Below, in pieces: positions 30,202 to 38,975 of a stretch of DNA of 52,593 nucleotides (positions are counted from its first letter, which is position 1; every line of letters starts with the position of its first letter). This DNA comes from Klebsiella phage vB_KM5a1_KLB19. Below the pieces are notes generated by a model. The model worked only from the letters and a program-made list of their open reading frames with translations, made no database searches and was not told where the DNA came from. The stretch lies in the sequence record PP526029.1; one strand, written 5' to 3'. Both the position numbers and the translations under genes were made by a program.

Positions 30202-30930
30202 ATGAAAGACGTTGCAGACAAAGACACTCATGACGCATTCGTAACCTTCGAACAGGTTGAGCGTGAGAACTTCATCACAAACGCGCTCGTTCCAGGTTGC
30301 GGGCATTATTCGGCGGTCAAGCCGGACACGTTCTATCAGGTGACGGGCAACCGTTATGCCGGAAGCAAGACGCCGGATGTTGTGCGCGATTTGTGGGCTA
30401 CCGATCGCGAGCTTATCGGCTGGATGGAAAAGCGTTACGGCAAGTATGACATTGACGCGGCAGCGAGCGAAAACAACGCAGTGTGTGAAAAGTTCTACGA
30501 CGAAAAGCGCAACTGTTTGAAAATCTGGTGGGGCAAAGACAAGCACATCTGGCTCAATCCTCCGTACTCACATCCCGATCCTTTCGTTAAAAAGGCGATT
30601 GAGCAGATGGAGCACGGCAACCAGATTGATATGCTTCTTCCTGGCGACAACTCAACGGCATGGTTTGCCGAAGCGCGAGCAAACGCGGCGGAGGTCATCT
30701 GGATTGAGGCAGAGATCACAGAGATTGACCAGCAGGAATACTGCCGAACCGGACGCCTGGCCTTTATCTCTGGGCTAACCGGAAAACCAGTTGACGGCAA
30801 CAACAAAGGCAGCGTGATTTTCATCATGCGCGAACTGAAAGAAGGCGAGACACAACAAACGCATTACGTTTCCGTAAGCGAGATTTGCCCAGGTGTTAGC
30901 CGCAAGAAACCACGCAAGCGGAGTGTTTAA
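30202..30930 (+). CDS. phage DNA N6-adenine methyltransferase (Dam-type)
   Basis: KYDIDAAAS...WLNPPYSHPDPFVKKA...GRLAFI. Confidence 0.9.
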   Translation: MKDVADKDTHDAFVTFEQVERENFITNALVPGCGHYSAVKPDTFYQVTGNRYAGSKTPDVVRDLWATDRELIGWMEKRYGKYDIDAAASENNAVCEKFYDEKRNCLKIWWGKDKHIWLNPPYSHPDPFVKKAIEQMEHGNQIDMLLPGDNSTAWFAEARANAAEVIWIEAEITEIDQQEYCRTGRLAFISGLTGKPVDGNNKGSVIFIMRELKEGETQQTHYVSVSEICPGVSRKKPRKRSV

Positions 30931-30931
30931 G

Positions 30932-31162
30932 ATGCAAGATCGCAACGTTAGACTGAATGAGATCGGCCTGAAATGTTTGTTTGTTGGCCTTGTTTGCGCA
31001 CAGCTTGAAATGGCTGGATTCACTGGAGATGCCTTCAAGCTGGCAAACTCTCTTGATATGAGCTTTGAAGAGATAGCGCCGAAGGATATCATTGAATGGG
31101 GCGCGCTAATCGCCAAAGACCTTGAAGAGTTCAAGGCTGAAAACCCCGAAGAGTTCGAATAG
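30932..31162 (+). CDS. hypothetical protein
   Basis: 76-aa ORF, ATG 30932. Confidence 0.55.
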   Translation: MQDRNVRLNEIGLKCLFVGLVCAQLEMAGFTGDAFKLANSLDMSFEEIAPKDIIEWGALIAKDLEEFKAENPEEFE

Positions 31163-31233
31163 CACTAATTGCTAAACATACCCGCCGCCGTGCGGGTATA
31201 ATTATTTCTATACCAACCGAACTGGATCAGAAA

Positions 31234-31488
31234 ATGAAACGCACTTTCGATTACTCAAAGACCGTTAGCACCTACAATTTCACCGAATCACGCGGCAAAA
31301 TCTTGATGCCTCACCTTCTGCGCCTTGCTCAATCATGCGCGCGCGAAGCAATCGCCCTGGGTGATAATGGAGGGTTTGACGAGGCGATCGCGGTTGTTTA
31401 TCTTCGCGCCGCATATGGTCATGAACCAGTTGGCACGCTTGAGCAAATGGCTACGGCCTTCAACCTGCATGACGGCACATTATGTTAA
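31234..31488 (+). CDS. hypothetical protein
   Basis: 84 aa, own box promoter upstream. Confidence 0.6.
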   Translation: MKRTFDYSKTVSTYNFTESRGKILMPHLLRLAQSCAREAIALGDNGGFDEAIAVVYLRAAYGHEPVGTLEQMATAFNLHDGTLC

Positions 31489-31718
31489 TCGTTGAGCAGG
31501 GCAAGCGAGCCGTTTGGGAGCACATGAAAGAAGCTGGAATGGGCGAGGATATCGCCCTGATCGCCAAATACTTCGACATTAAAGATGTGTGCCTAATCTA
31601 CAACGGCAAGATGACTTTCATCGAAGAGAGGCCGCGCAAGTCAACCAGGATCGCAGTTGCAACGCAGCCATCGAAATCACTGGCGGAATATCTGAAAGAC
31701 GCACGAGGAAAGAAATGA
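31482..31718 (+). CDS. hypothetical protein
   Basis: 78 aa, overlapping stop/start arrangement. Confidence 0.55.
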   Translation: MLIVEQGKRAVWEHMKEAGMGEDIALIAKYFDIKDVCLIYNGKMTFIEERPRKSTRIAVATQPSKSLAEYLKDARGKK

Positions 31719-31972
31719 ACTTACCAGGCTTGAACTTTGACCCCTTCCAGTATGCAGAGGTTGAGGGCATAACGGATGGTGATTACAGAAAAATCCCCTT
31801 CTCTGATTGGTTGCCACCTGATTTTGAAGATGTGCTTTGCTCGCGCGGCGGAGGCTATAAGTTGATGTATTTCAGCCCCGCTACTGGTATGATGGTTCCG
31901 GCTGAAACCGAAACGGCTGGCGAGGCCATAGAGCCGAAAGATCTTGATCACTGGTTGAAAAAGGTAGCATGA
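31715..31972 (+). CDS. hypothetical protein
   Basis: ATG 31715 overlaps upstream stop. Confidence 0.55.
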   Translation: MNLPGLNFDPFQYAEVEGITDGDYRKIPFSDWLPPDFEDVLCSRGGGYKLMYFSPATGMMVPAETETAGEAIEPKDLDHWLKKVA

Positions 31973-32040
31973 AACTAATTTTATCTGTAGTATTGCCGCC
32001 CGTAATCGGTTTTGTTTTAATGTACTTTATTGTTATGTAA
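31969..32040 (+). CDS. 23-aa membrane micro-protein
   Basis: ATGA overlap; MKLILSVVLPPVIGFVLMYFIVM; not in the supplied track. Confidence 0.45.
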   Translation: MKLILSVVLPPVIGFVLMYFIVM

Positions 32041-32049
32041 GGATTAAAA

Positions 32050-33201
32050 ATGCAACGCAAAATTTCAGATGAGCAGTTAATCGCAGAGCGCGAATCAGGC
32101 AAAACACAGCGCCAGATCGCGGAAGAGTACGGCATGAATCAGCGCACAGTTGAGCAGCGTTGCGCACGCCTGGCGAAGAAGGGGCACGGGCACGGTAACA
32201 GCACAGTTAGCCGCCATGTGCCGGACGGATTCGCAGTAAAGGGCACATCAACCATGATTCGCGCCAATGGCGAAGAAGTGATCCGTTGGGTTAAGACCGA
32301 TCAGGATAAGGAAAAGTTAGCAGCCATGATGGATGCGGCTATTGATGCGTTTTGCGAAGAGTTGCCGCGAGCATCAGCACAGCCAGCCCCACTGGTTCAC
32401 AACTGGAAAGAAGATCAGCTTGCTCTTTATCCGGTCTTTGACCTGCACATTGGCGCCATGGCTCATAAGCACGAGTGCGGCGAAAACTACAGCACTGACA
32501 TTTCAGAAAAGGTGCTGGGCGACTTCTTCAACTACTCCGTAAACGTAGCGCCGGAAGCGAAAAAAGCCGTTCTGTTAATCGGCGGTGACTTCCTTCACTC
32601 TGACGGCCTGGACGCTGTAACGCCTGCGAGCGGTCACGTTCTGGATCAGGACTCACGCTACGCTAAACTTGTGCATGTTGCGATCCGCTCCACTCGCCGC
32701 GCAGTTGCAAAAATGCTGGACAAGCACGCAGAGGTTGAGATCCAGATTATCGAAGGGAATCATGACCAGGCTGGCATGATTTGGCTTCGTGCTGCAATGG
32801 CTGCATTCTATGAAGATGAGCCGCGCGTCACCGTTGACGTTAGCCCAATGATTCTGCACCGGACGAAGTGGGGAAAAACTCTGTTAGGCTACACTCACGG
32901 GCACACGATGAAGAAGGCAGAAACACGCCTTGCGGCGATGGCTACGGACTTCCGCGAAGAGTTCGGCACCAGCAAATACATTTACACCCACTCTGGGCAC
33001 TGGCACCACCAGACGATCACAGAGGGCACTTTAGGGATTGACGAAGTGCATGGGCAGTTAGGCGCAAAAGATGCCTACGCAGCGCGCGGCGGCTGGCGCT
33101 CATATCGTCAAGCGGCGGTGATCGTCTACTCAAAAGAGTTTGGCGAAATCGGGCGTTTCGTGTATCGTCCAGAAATGGCAGGAAATAGCACGAAAAGCTA
33201 A
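32050..33201 (+). CDS. calcineurin-like metallophosphoesterase with N-terminal HTH
   Basis: FDLHIG, GGDFLHSD, EGNHDQ, HSGHWHH motifs; N-terminal RQIAEEYGMNQRTVEQR. Confidence 0.85.
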   Translation: MQRKISDEQLIAERESGKTQRQIAEEYGMNQRTVEQRCARLAKKGHGHGNSTVSRHVPDGFAVKGTSTMIRANGEEVIRWVKTDQDKEKLAAMMDAAIDAFCEELPRASAQPAPLVHNWKEDQLALYPVFDLHIGAMAHKHECGENYSTDISEKVLGDFFNYSVNVAPEAKKAVLLIGGDFLHSDGLDAVTPASGHVLDQDSRYAKLVHVAIRSTRRAVAKMLDKHAEVEIQIIEGNHDQAGMIWLRAAMAAFYEDEPRVTVDVSPMILHRTKWGKTLLGYTHGHTMKKAETRLAAMATDFREEFGTSKYIYTHSGHWHHQTITEGTLGIDEVHGQLGAKDAYAARGGWRSYRQAAVIVYSKEFGEIGRFVYRPEMAGNSTKS

Positions 33202-33258
33202 ACAATTGCCGGAGTAATCCGGCATACTCCAGCTATACCAACCAAAGAGGAAAACATT

Positions 33259-33366
33259 ATGAAAAAGTTTGTTTTAGGCTACGTAATCCCTTTCGTTCTG
33301 GGCGCTGTAGTCACCGCTGCTTTACTTTCCGTCATTCACCTGGCATCAAATTTTAAAGGGTTCTAA
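33259..33366 (+). CDS. 35-aa membrane micro-protein
   Basis: MKKFVLGYVIPFVLGAVVTAALLSVIHLASNFKGF; RBS AGAGGA; own box promoter. Confidence 0.55.
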   Translation: MKKFVLGYVIPFVLGAVVTAALLSVIHLASNFKGF

Positions 33367-33367
33367 A

Positions 33368-33544
33368 ATGAAAGTTCGCTGCATTCGGAATGATTCAAAA
33401 TCACTGCCTTACTATGTCGGATCAGTATATCGCGCGGTTGATATCGGCGGTATGTATGAGATCCGCGATGGTCAAGGCTCCGCAATTCACGCGCCGCTTG
33501 AAGGTCACTATCTTGAATTTATTCCGATAGAAGAAAAGAAATAG
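33368..33544 (+). CDS. 58-aa small protein with KCI...GxxY-type motif
   Basis: MKVRCIRNDSKSLPYYVGSVYRAVDIGGMYEI... Confidence 0.55.
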   Translation: MKVRCIRNDSKSLPYYVGSVYRAVDIGGMYEIRDGQGSAIHAPLEGHYLEFIPIEEKK

Positions 33545-33563
33545 AATCATCACCTTACCCAAT

Positions 33564-33588
33564 AGGAGCCTTTCGAGGCTCCTTTTTT
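33564..33588 (+). terminator. Rho-independent terminator
   Basis: AGGAGCC...GGCTCCTTTTTT. Confidence 0.8.
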
Positions 33589-33669
33589 GTGCTTCTCGTT
33601 TGTCAAAAAGTGCTGTATTATTGGCCTTACTTAATTAAATCATTGACAACTATTTCAAAGGGGGATCTC

Positions 33670-33885
33670 ATGCGCGAGGTCATTAACGCTATCACTTCCG
33701 GCGCTGGCGGCGCTACATTCACCGGAGTTGCAACGGGGCAGCTAGCCATTGCGTTCGCAACCTTCGTATTTTTCGTCCTGTTTGGCTTCTGGGGCGCATA
33801 CTGGAAATACAAAGACAGCAAGGCTATCCGCCAGGCCATTGACGCAGGCGACTTGCAAACGGCGCTAAAAATCAGGGGTAAATGA
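33670..33885 (+). CDS. holin (possible pinholin-type)
   Basis: 71 aa, Gly/Ala-rich hydrophobic segment then strong TM, immediately upstream of lysozyme. Confidence 0.7.
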   Translation: MREVINAITSGAGGATFTGVATGQLAIAFATFVFFVLFGFWGAYWKYKDSKAIRQAIDAGDLQTALKIRGK

Positions 33886-34373
33886 CGATGAAGAAGATCG
33901 CAAGCATGGCATTTGGCGCAGCGCTTGCCGCAACGGTTCCGTTAATCGAAAAGTTTGAGGATGTCAAATACGATGTTTATTACGATATCGCTGGCATCCC
34001 TACTGTGTGCGCAGGCATCACAGGATCAGACGTTATCATTGGTAAGCGGTACACGAAACGCGAGTGTGACGCATTGCTAATGAAGCATTTAGCGGTTGCG
34101 AAGGCGGAAGTTGACAAGCAAATCAAAGTTGATGTGCCGGACTCTTTCCGCGCGGCAATGTACAGCTTCACCTACAACGCAGGCACGGGCGCTTATCGTA
34201 AATCAACCATGCTGAAACTCACCAACGCTGGCGATCTCAAAGGCGCGTGTAATCAGTTGTGGTCATGGGTTTACTTCTACAACCCGAAAACGGGCAAAAA
34301 AGAGAAGTCGAAAGGCCTGAAAAATCGCCGTGGCTTCGAATATGAATATTGCATGAAGGATCTGAAAAAATGA
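33882..34373 (+). CDS. SAR-type endolysin (GH24, P21 R-like)
   Basis: weakly hydrophobic N-terminus [22 protein letters not shown]...[27 protein letters not shown]. Confidence 0.9.
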   Translation: MTMKKIASMAFGAALAATVPLIEKFEDVKYDVYYDIAGIPTVCAGITGSDVIIGKRYTKRECDALLMKHLAVAKAEVDKQIKVDVPDSFRAAMYSFTYNAGTGAYRKSTMLKLTNAGDLKGACNQLWSWVYFYNPKTGKKEKSKGLKNRRGFEYEYCMKDLKK

Positions 34374-34789
34374 AAAGGCTTTACAAATTAATCAAGTGGA
34401 TTTTCATCGGGTTAAGCGCAATTGTCATTTGTGGTTGTTCGGCAACGTCTGCCCTGACTGGTTTAATCGGCAGCAAGCCAGAAATCAGCGCGCAGGCTGG
34501 CGCGGAAAACACGAAACAGACGGTTGGGATCAATGGCAAGGTTGACCAATCCAGCGAGGTTGAGACAACCATCAAAGATTCAACCGTTGGCAAGGTTGAC
34601 ACGTCTAACGGAAAGAAAACCAGCGCCTCAAGCATAACGGCTGACACCATCAAGGCCGATAAGATTGAGATCAGGAATCAGGAAGGCGGCGATGTTGCCG
34701 GATGGATTGCGCTATCTGGCGTTGTTGGTCTGTTTATTTTGCTGGGCGCGGCTGCGCTACGGAAACGACGATATGAGAAAGGAGCCTAA
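34370..34789 (+). CDS. probable unimolecular spanin (u-spanin)
   Basis: N-terminal lipobox-like VICGC and C-terminal [26 protein letters not shown]. Confidence 0.65.
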   Translation: MKRLYKLIKWIFIGLSAIVICGCSATSALTGLIGSKPEISAQAGAENTKQTVGINGKVDQSSEVETTIKDSTVGKVDTSNGKKTSASSITADTIKADKIEIRNQEGGDVAGWIALSGVVGLFILLGAAALRKRRYEKGA

Positions 34790-34806
34790 CGGCTCCTTTT
34801 TTTTAT
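34783..34806. terminator. terminator between convergent genes
   Basis: GGAGCC-TAAC-GGCTCCTTTTTTTT. Confidence 0.75.
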
Positions 34807-35000
34807 TTGAATCTCTGCACGAGCAAGATCAACTCCCCATCCTGGTTGCATAACGTGTGCTCCATCTTCTTACCCGCCCGCATTGAGGTATTGATCAGAG
34901 ACAGGAGCGCGGCGTTTAACTGATCTTCAGTCAACCCATGCTCTGCGCTGTACCGGATCACCTCGTTAATTAGCCCCTGCCTTTCCGAATAATTCCTCAT
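34803..35000 (-). CDS. hypothetical protein
   Basis: 65 aa. Confidence 0.5.
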   Translation of the reverse strand: MRNYSERQGLINEVIRYSAEHGLTEDQLNAALLSLINTSMRAGKKMEHTLCNQDGELILLVQRFK

Positions 35001-35361
35001 CGCTCAATTTCTCAATATTCATCATTTCCCAGGTGTATCGGTCTTTGTCTCCGCCATAGCACCTGAAATCAAATTCAAAGGGGCGTTTCTGCGCTCCCTT
35101 TGCCCCATACCAGCGATTTTCACCCCACAAGTAACCCAACCCCATCATCCTTGCGCAAAACTCCTTAGAAGCGCTTGAGGCGAAGAATCTGGGCGTTACA
35201 CCAGCGGCGCGGGCTAGTCGATCACACTCACGATGTTTGAAGATGAAAACCGCCAAGTGCTGACGGTTGAATTTTTCGTAAGACTCACAAAATCGGTAAA
35301 TGTCAAGAAGAAACATATCATCATCCCAGGAGGCGAGGGTTAACGTAAACTTTATCACCAA
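34966..35361 (-). CDS. hypothetical protein
   Basis: 131 aa. Confidence 0.55.
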   Translation of the reverse strand: MVIKFTLTLASWDDDMFLLDIYRFCESYEKFNRQHLAVFIFKHRECDRLARAAGVTPRFFASSASKEFCARMMGLGYLWGENRWYGAKGAQKRPFEFDFRCYGGDKDRYTWEMMNIEKLSDEELFGKAGAN

Positions 35362-36913
35362 TCACGCAGCAATAGCCCTTTTCTTCAAGTTGAGGAAGCA
35401 GGTGATCTTTGATGCGCGTCATTGTTCCGGCCTGGCCTTCGAACGGCTTCACCTTTCGCGCCGCCTCATACAGAGAACGGACGTTAACAACCCCTTTAGG
35501 CGATCCGCTCTTTGCTCCACGGCTCATTATGTCTAAAAGCTTGTTCATTTCCGCGTTATCCCCAGCGTGCCCAGCGGCGTTGGCGGAAGATAAATACGTT
35601 TTACTCAACTCGTGAAACATAATGATCGCCTCTTGCATCGTGTCTAACTCGATCTCACGAGACTTTGCCGCCGCTCCCTTCTCGCTAAACCAGTTGCGCA
35701 CAGTATGCAGAACGGATGCGATGCGGATTACCTGCTTGTCAAACTTACCCAGGGCACCGCGTAACATGGTGTGGGAATACTTGCCGCCGTCTGCAAGGTG
35801 AGGCTCCATTTCCTGACGCGCTTTGTTCAGGTAGCGCATACCGGACGGGCTAACCGTCAACTTCACATCTACTTCGCTCATGATCGCGTGAACCAGCTTG
35901 AAGTAATCGGCCTTTAGCCCTCCGTCGATCGGCTCGTAAGTCGATTCGCCTTGCTCGTTGACGAACTGGCGACGGCCTAAGAACGATTCCTCACGCACCA
36001 GCAAGAAACGCTCCGAAACACCGATTCCGCGCGCGCCTGCATTCATGATGGCGTTGATTGTCTCATCCTGTGCGATTACCGAAATGCAGCCCAGCGCAAC
36101 GAATGACATATTGTTATCCGCGTTAGCGCGAGCGATCGACACATTGCCCGCATCCCACGCTTTAAGCACCAATTCGCTGTTTGTTTTCTTCGAGCCGTCG
36201 CCGTAGGTCATGCCCAGAAGTGAGTTAACGCTTGTTGCTTCGTCCGAGATCACGGCGAAGTTGCCTTGACGGTTGTTAATGCGCGCCAGACCTTCTGGCG
36301 TGGTATCAGATACCGGAAACACGATATCGCAAAGACGCTCTAACTTTTCCTCTAACTCTTCCTTTTCTTCGAACAATGCCGCCATATCTGACGGTGATTT
36401 CTCCTGCTTCATTTCCTTCGCCAGCGCGGAAAGCTTCGCCATGATCTTCTTACGGTCACGCTTGCGGATCTCGTTAAGGCGCTCAGTCTCCGAAATCATT
36501 GGGGCCAGGGAAAGTGAGTTGATAGCAGATTTCCCCGTCGATGGAGGCTGACTAGTGACGACATAAAGCGCCGTTGGCTGTTGCGTGCCGTGATACTCAA
36601 CCGTGAAGCGCCCAAGCATCGCAGCGGAAACGCAGCCCAGGAAATGAATATAGGCCGATGACTCTGGGAACTGCACAGATCGCGCAGCGTTACGCGAAAG
36701 CTTGCCCACAACGTCAACATCATTGCCCAGAGAGATCACGGGGTATTTCTCGTTCCCGTTGTCGATTTCGGTCGGCTCGTTCCAGAACGATTGAGAATGA
36801 CGATAGCCATTCGCATTGATCGCAACGCGCAGCGGAGTTAGGCCGCTCGTGTTGGCGATTTCAATGATCTGTTGTGGTGTAAGCGTGTTTGTGTTGAAAC
36901 CTAAATCAAACAT
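35321..36913 (-). CDS. DUF3987-like ATPase/primase-helicase-type protein
   Basis: 530 aa; VTSQPPSTGKSAIN P-loop, ISDEATSVNSLLG. Confidence 0.7.
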   Translation of the reverse strand: MFDLGFNTNTLTPQQIIEIANTSGLTPLRVAINANGYRHSQSFWNEPTEIDNGNEKYPVISLGNDVDVVGKLSRNAARSVQFPESSAYIHFLGCVSAAMLGRFTVEYHGTQQPTALYVVTSQPPSTGKSAINSLSLAPMISETERLNEIRKRDRKKIMAKLSALAKEMKQEKSPSDMAALFEEKEELEEKLERLCDIVFPVSDTTPEGLARINNRQGNFAVISDEATSVNSLLGMTYGDGSKKTNSELVLKAWDAGNVSIARANADNNMSFVALGCISVIAQDETINAIMNAGARGIGVSERFLLVREESFLGRRQFVNEQGESTYEPIDGGLKADYFKLVHAIMSEVDVKLTVSPSGMRYLNKARQEMEPHLADGGKYSHTMLRGALGKFDKQVIRIASVLHTVRNWFSEKGAAAKSREIELDTMQEAIIMFHELSKTYLSSANAAGHAGDNAEMNKLLDIMSRGAKSGSPKGVVNVRSLYEAARKVKPFEGQAGTMTRIKDHLLPQLEEKGYCCVIGDKVYVNPRLLG

Positions 36914-36986
36914 TAAAAACTCCTTTGTTGGTTCCGGCTAATGTACCGGAACCATGATACAGACGTTGTGCAAAAAGTGCTATTGG

Positions 36987-37421
36987 TTAGAGATATTTCG
37001 CTTCAAAGGTTGTGCCGTCTGCGATCGAGAAGCCAACCTCTTCGCGGTACAGACTCCAGCGGCAACCATCGTTATCAAAGATGTAACCAGCAACGCCGCC
37101 AAGCGCGCGCCCCGTTTCCACCTGGTAACGCTTCCCAACCGTGAAAGACTTTTTCACGGGGTTTTTATGATCAAGCGTCATGCACTTGAGGGTTTTCGTT
37201 TTCAACTCAACGAAGCGGGCAAAAACAGAGCCATCACGATTGGAACCGAAAATTTCACCGCTAACGCCAATTGATAGCATAATGCGTTTCTTCTTGTTTT
37301 CGGCGGTGCAGTATTTCGTTGTTGAAATGTTGCCTTCATCGTCAACGCGCGCCTTGATCAGAGTATTGACGGCGAAAGATTTAGTTGATGTTTCGGTTAC
37401 TTTCAGTTTGATAGTTTTCAT
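36987..37421 (-). CDS. hypothetical small protein with TVGKRYQV motif
   Basis: ATG at 37421 with RBS AAGGATC. Confidence 0.6.
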   Translation of the reverse strand: MKTIKLKVTETSTKSFAVNTLIKARVDDEGNISTTKYCTAENKKKRIMLSIGVSGEIFGSNRDGSVFARFVELKTKTLKCMTLDHKNPVKKSFTVGKRYQVETGRALGGVAGYIFDNDGCRWSLYREEVGFSIADGTTFEAKYL

Positions 37422-37431
37422 GATGAGATCC

Positions 37432-37524
37432 TTATACGATCGCGAAGTAAAGAGTTGTGATGAATCCAAAAGCCAGCCCAGCCAGAGCAAAGAGAATCGC
37501 GCCGCCAACCATTAAATCTGCCAT
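37432..37524 (-). CDS. 30-aa membrane micro-protein
   Basis: MADLMVGGAILFALAGLAFGFITTLYFAIV; downstream of box promoter. Confidence 0.5.
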   Translation of the reverse strand: MADLMVGGAILFALAGLAFGFITTLYFAIV

Positions 37525-37602
37525 TTGAATCACCTGTTTTTTTGTCCCGTTTCGATGTGGTGATAATAACAAAACCCGCCGAAGCGGGTTTAACAAAAAG
37601 TG

Positions 37603-38292
37603 CTATTTTGCGTTAGCCTGGAAAACAGCGCGGGCAAAGCCGCGAGGCGTGAGCGATCGGAGTTGCTTAGTCTTTGCAGACTTTCCGCCGAGGAACTTCC
37701 AGCCCCAAAAGAAGTGAATCCCTTCATCATCCGGCAATTCCAGCTTTTTCGGTTGTTCGAAGCCCTCGCCACACCAGATACAAGTTTTCTTCGTGTAGCC
37801 ATCGCGCAGCGGCATTTTCGGATGCCATGAGCCTTCATCGGCGTTGACGTAATACCCAAAATCGCGAGGGTGAAAATAGAAGTTTGGCTTGCCCATCATA
37901 TCTGTATTTGAAAGCTTTCCGACCGGATTCTCAATCATCCACGGCACGCCGAACGATTCGCCCAGAGATTTAACGATCTTTGCATTCTCCAAGGCATATG
38001 CTAGCTCATCCTCTTCGCGGGCATGTTTCGCGCCGGAGTGAGCAAACAGCGTGCAATCTGGGAAGCCGAAGATGATCCCAGGTTCAGGAATGCCCAGCAA
38101 CCCGCATTTAATCTGGAAATCCTTGTCAATCCACATGTTGACGTAATGCAGATTTTCATGCTGCATCTTCACGGCGTACTCTCCATGATTGCCGGAATCC
38201 GCGTTGAAGCAGTAGACCTGATAACCAGCAGTCGCCCAGGGTAAACCCATGATGCCGGAACCGTCGAATAATGACCAAACAACCTTTTTCAT
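37603..38292 (-). CDS. C5-methyltransferase-like protein
   Basis: VVWSLFDGSGIMGLPWATAGYQV...FGFPDCTLFAHSG...MIENPVGKLS. Confidence 0.6.
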   Translation of the reverse strand: MKKVVWSLFDGSGIMGLPWATAGYQVYCFNADSGNHGEYAVKMQHENLHYVNMWIDKDFQIKCGLLGIPEPGIIFGFPDCTLFAHSGAKHAREEDELAYALENAKIVKSLGESFGVPWMIENPVGKLSNTDMMGKPNFYFHPRDFGYYVNADEGSWHPKMPLRDGYTKKTCIWCGEGFEQPKKLELPDDEGIHFFWGWKFLGGKSAKTKQLRSLTPRGFARAVFQANAK

Positions 38293-38510
38293 TCTGCAAC
38301 CTCTTCAAATTTAGCAACGCCCAGAATCACCCATCCTGACGGGTAAGCCGTTACAGCCTGCCAACTGCCCGACCCGTTCCGGCGCTTCTCATCACCAATC
38401 ACGATGGCATCGGCTCCAGCGCGTTCGGCCTCGTAAACCTTCCCCTTCGTGAAGTGTGGCTTCTGCTTCTTATCGGTTGGCGACACCGCGCCAGTGCATT
38501 TAAGCTTCAT
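38289..38510 (-). CDS. hypothetical small protein (FTKGKVYEA motif)
   Basis: ATG at 38510, overlaps the downstream ORF start. Confidence 0.55.
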   Translation of the reverse strand: MKLKCTGAVSPTDKKQKPHFTKGKVYEAERAGADAIVIGDEKRRNGSGSWQAVTAYPSGWVILGVAKFEEVAE

Positions 38511-38730
38511 TTGCCCGATCCTTCTCCTGGTAGCCAATTTCCAGAAGCGCAGAGCCAGCCGCTTCGACAAACTCCATATCACAGCACATAAAGAATAGCT
38601 CTTTATATTGCTGGGGCACATCAAGAGATTCGATCACCTCCCTTGCGTAGTCCTCATCAATATCGTTACGGTAAAGCCCAATCTGGCGCGCATACATGCG
38701 GAACGTTGCGCCCTTATCAATTTTGTTCAT
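38500..38730 (-). CDS. hypothetical protein
   Basis: 76 aa. Confidence 0.55.
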   Translation of the reverse strand: MNKIDKGATFRMYARQIGLYRNDIDEDYAREVIESLDVPQQYKELFFMCCDMEFVEAAGSALLEIGYQEKDRANEA

Positions 38731-38741
38731 GATTTCACCTT

Positions 38742-38975
38742 TTAAAACGGGATTTCATTTATGCAGTTATTGCAAACCGCGTCAATGGTGCAGGTGCAGT
38801 GATGCACGTAAACAGCAGGGGCGCTGCCGGATGGCGTGCTTTCCGCGTTCATATCCATCGACCCAAGCGCAACATCTAACTCAACGCAACCGTAAGCAAC
38901 CTTGAGCGCCCACTCCGCGTTAAGCCCCGCATCAATAGCCGCGCGGTGACGGCTCCAGAAATTATTTTGCTGCAT
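38742..38975 (-). CDS. hypothetical Cys-rich protein
   Basis: HHCTCTIDAVCNNCIN. Confidence 0.5.
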   Translation of the reverse strand: MQQNNFWSRHRAAIDAGLNAEWALKVAYGCVELDVALGSMDMNAESTPSGSAPAVYVHHCTCTIDAVCNNCINEIPF

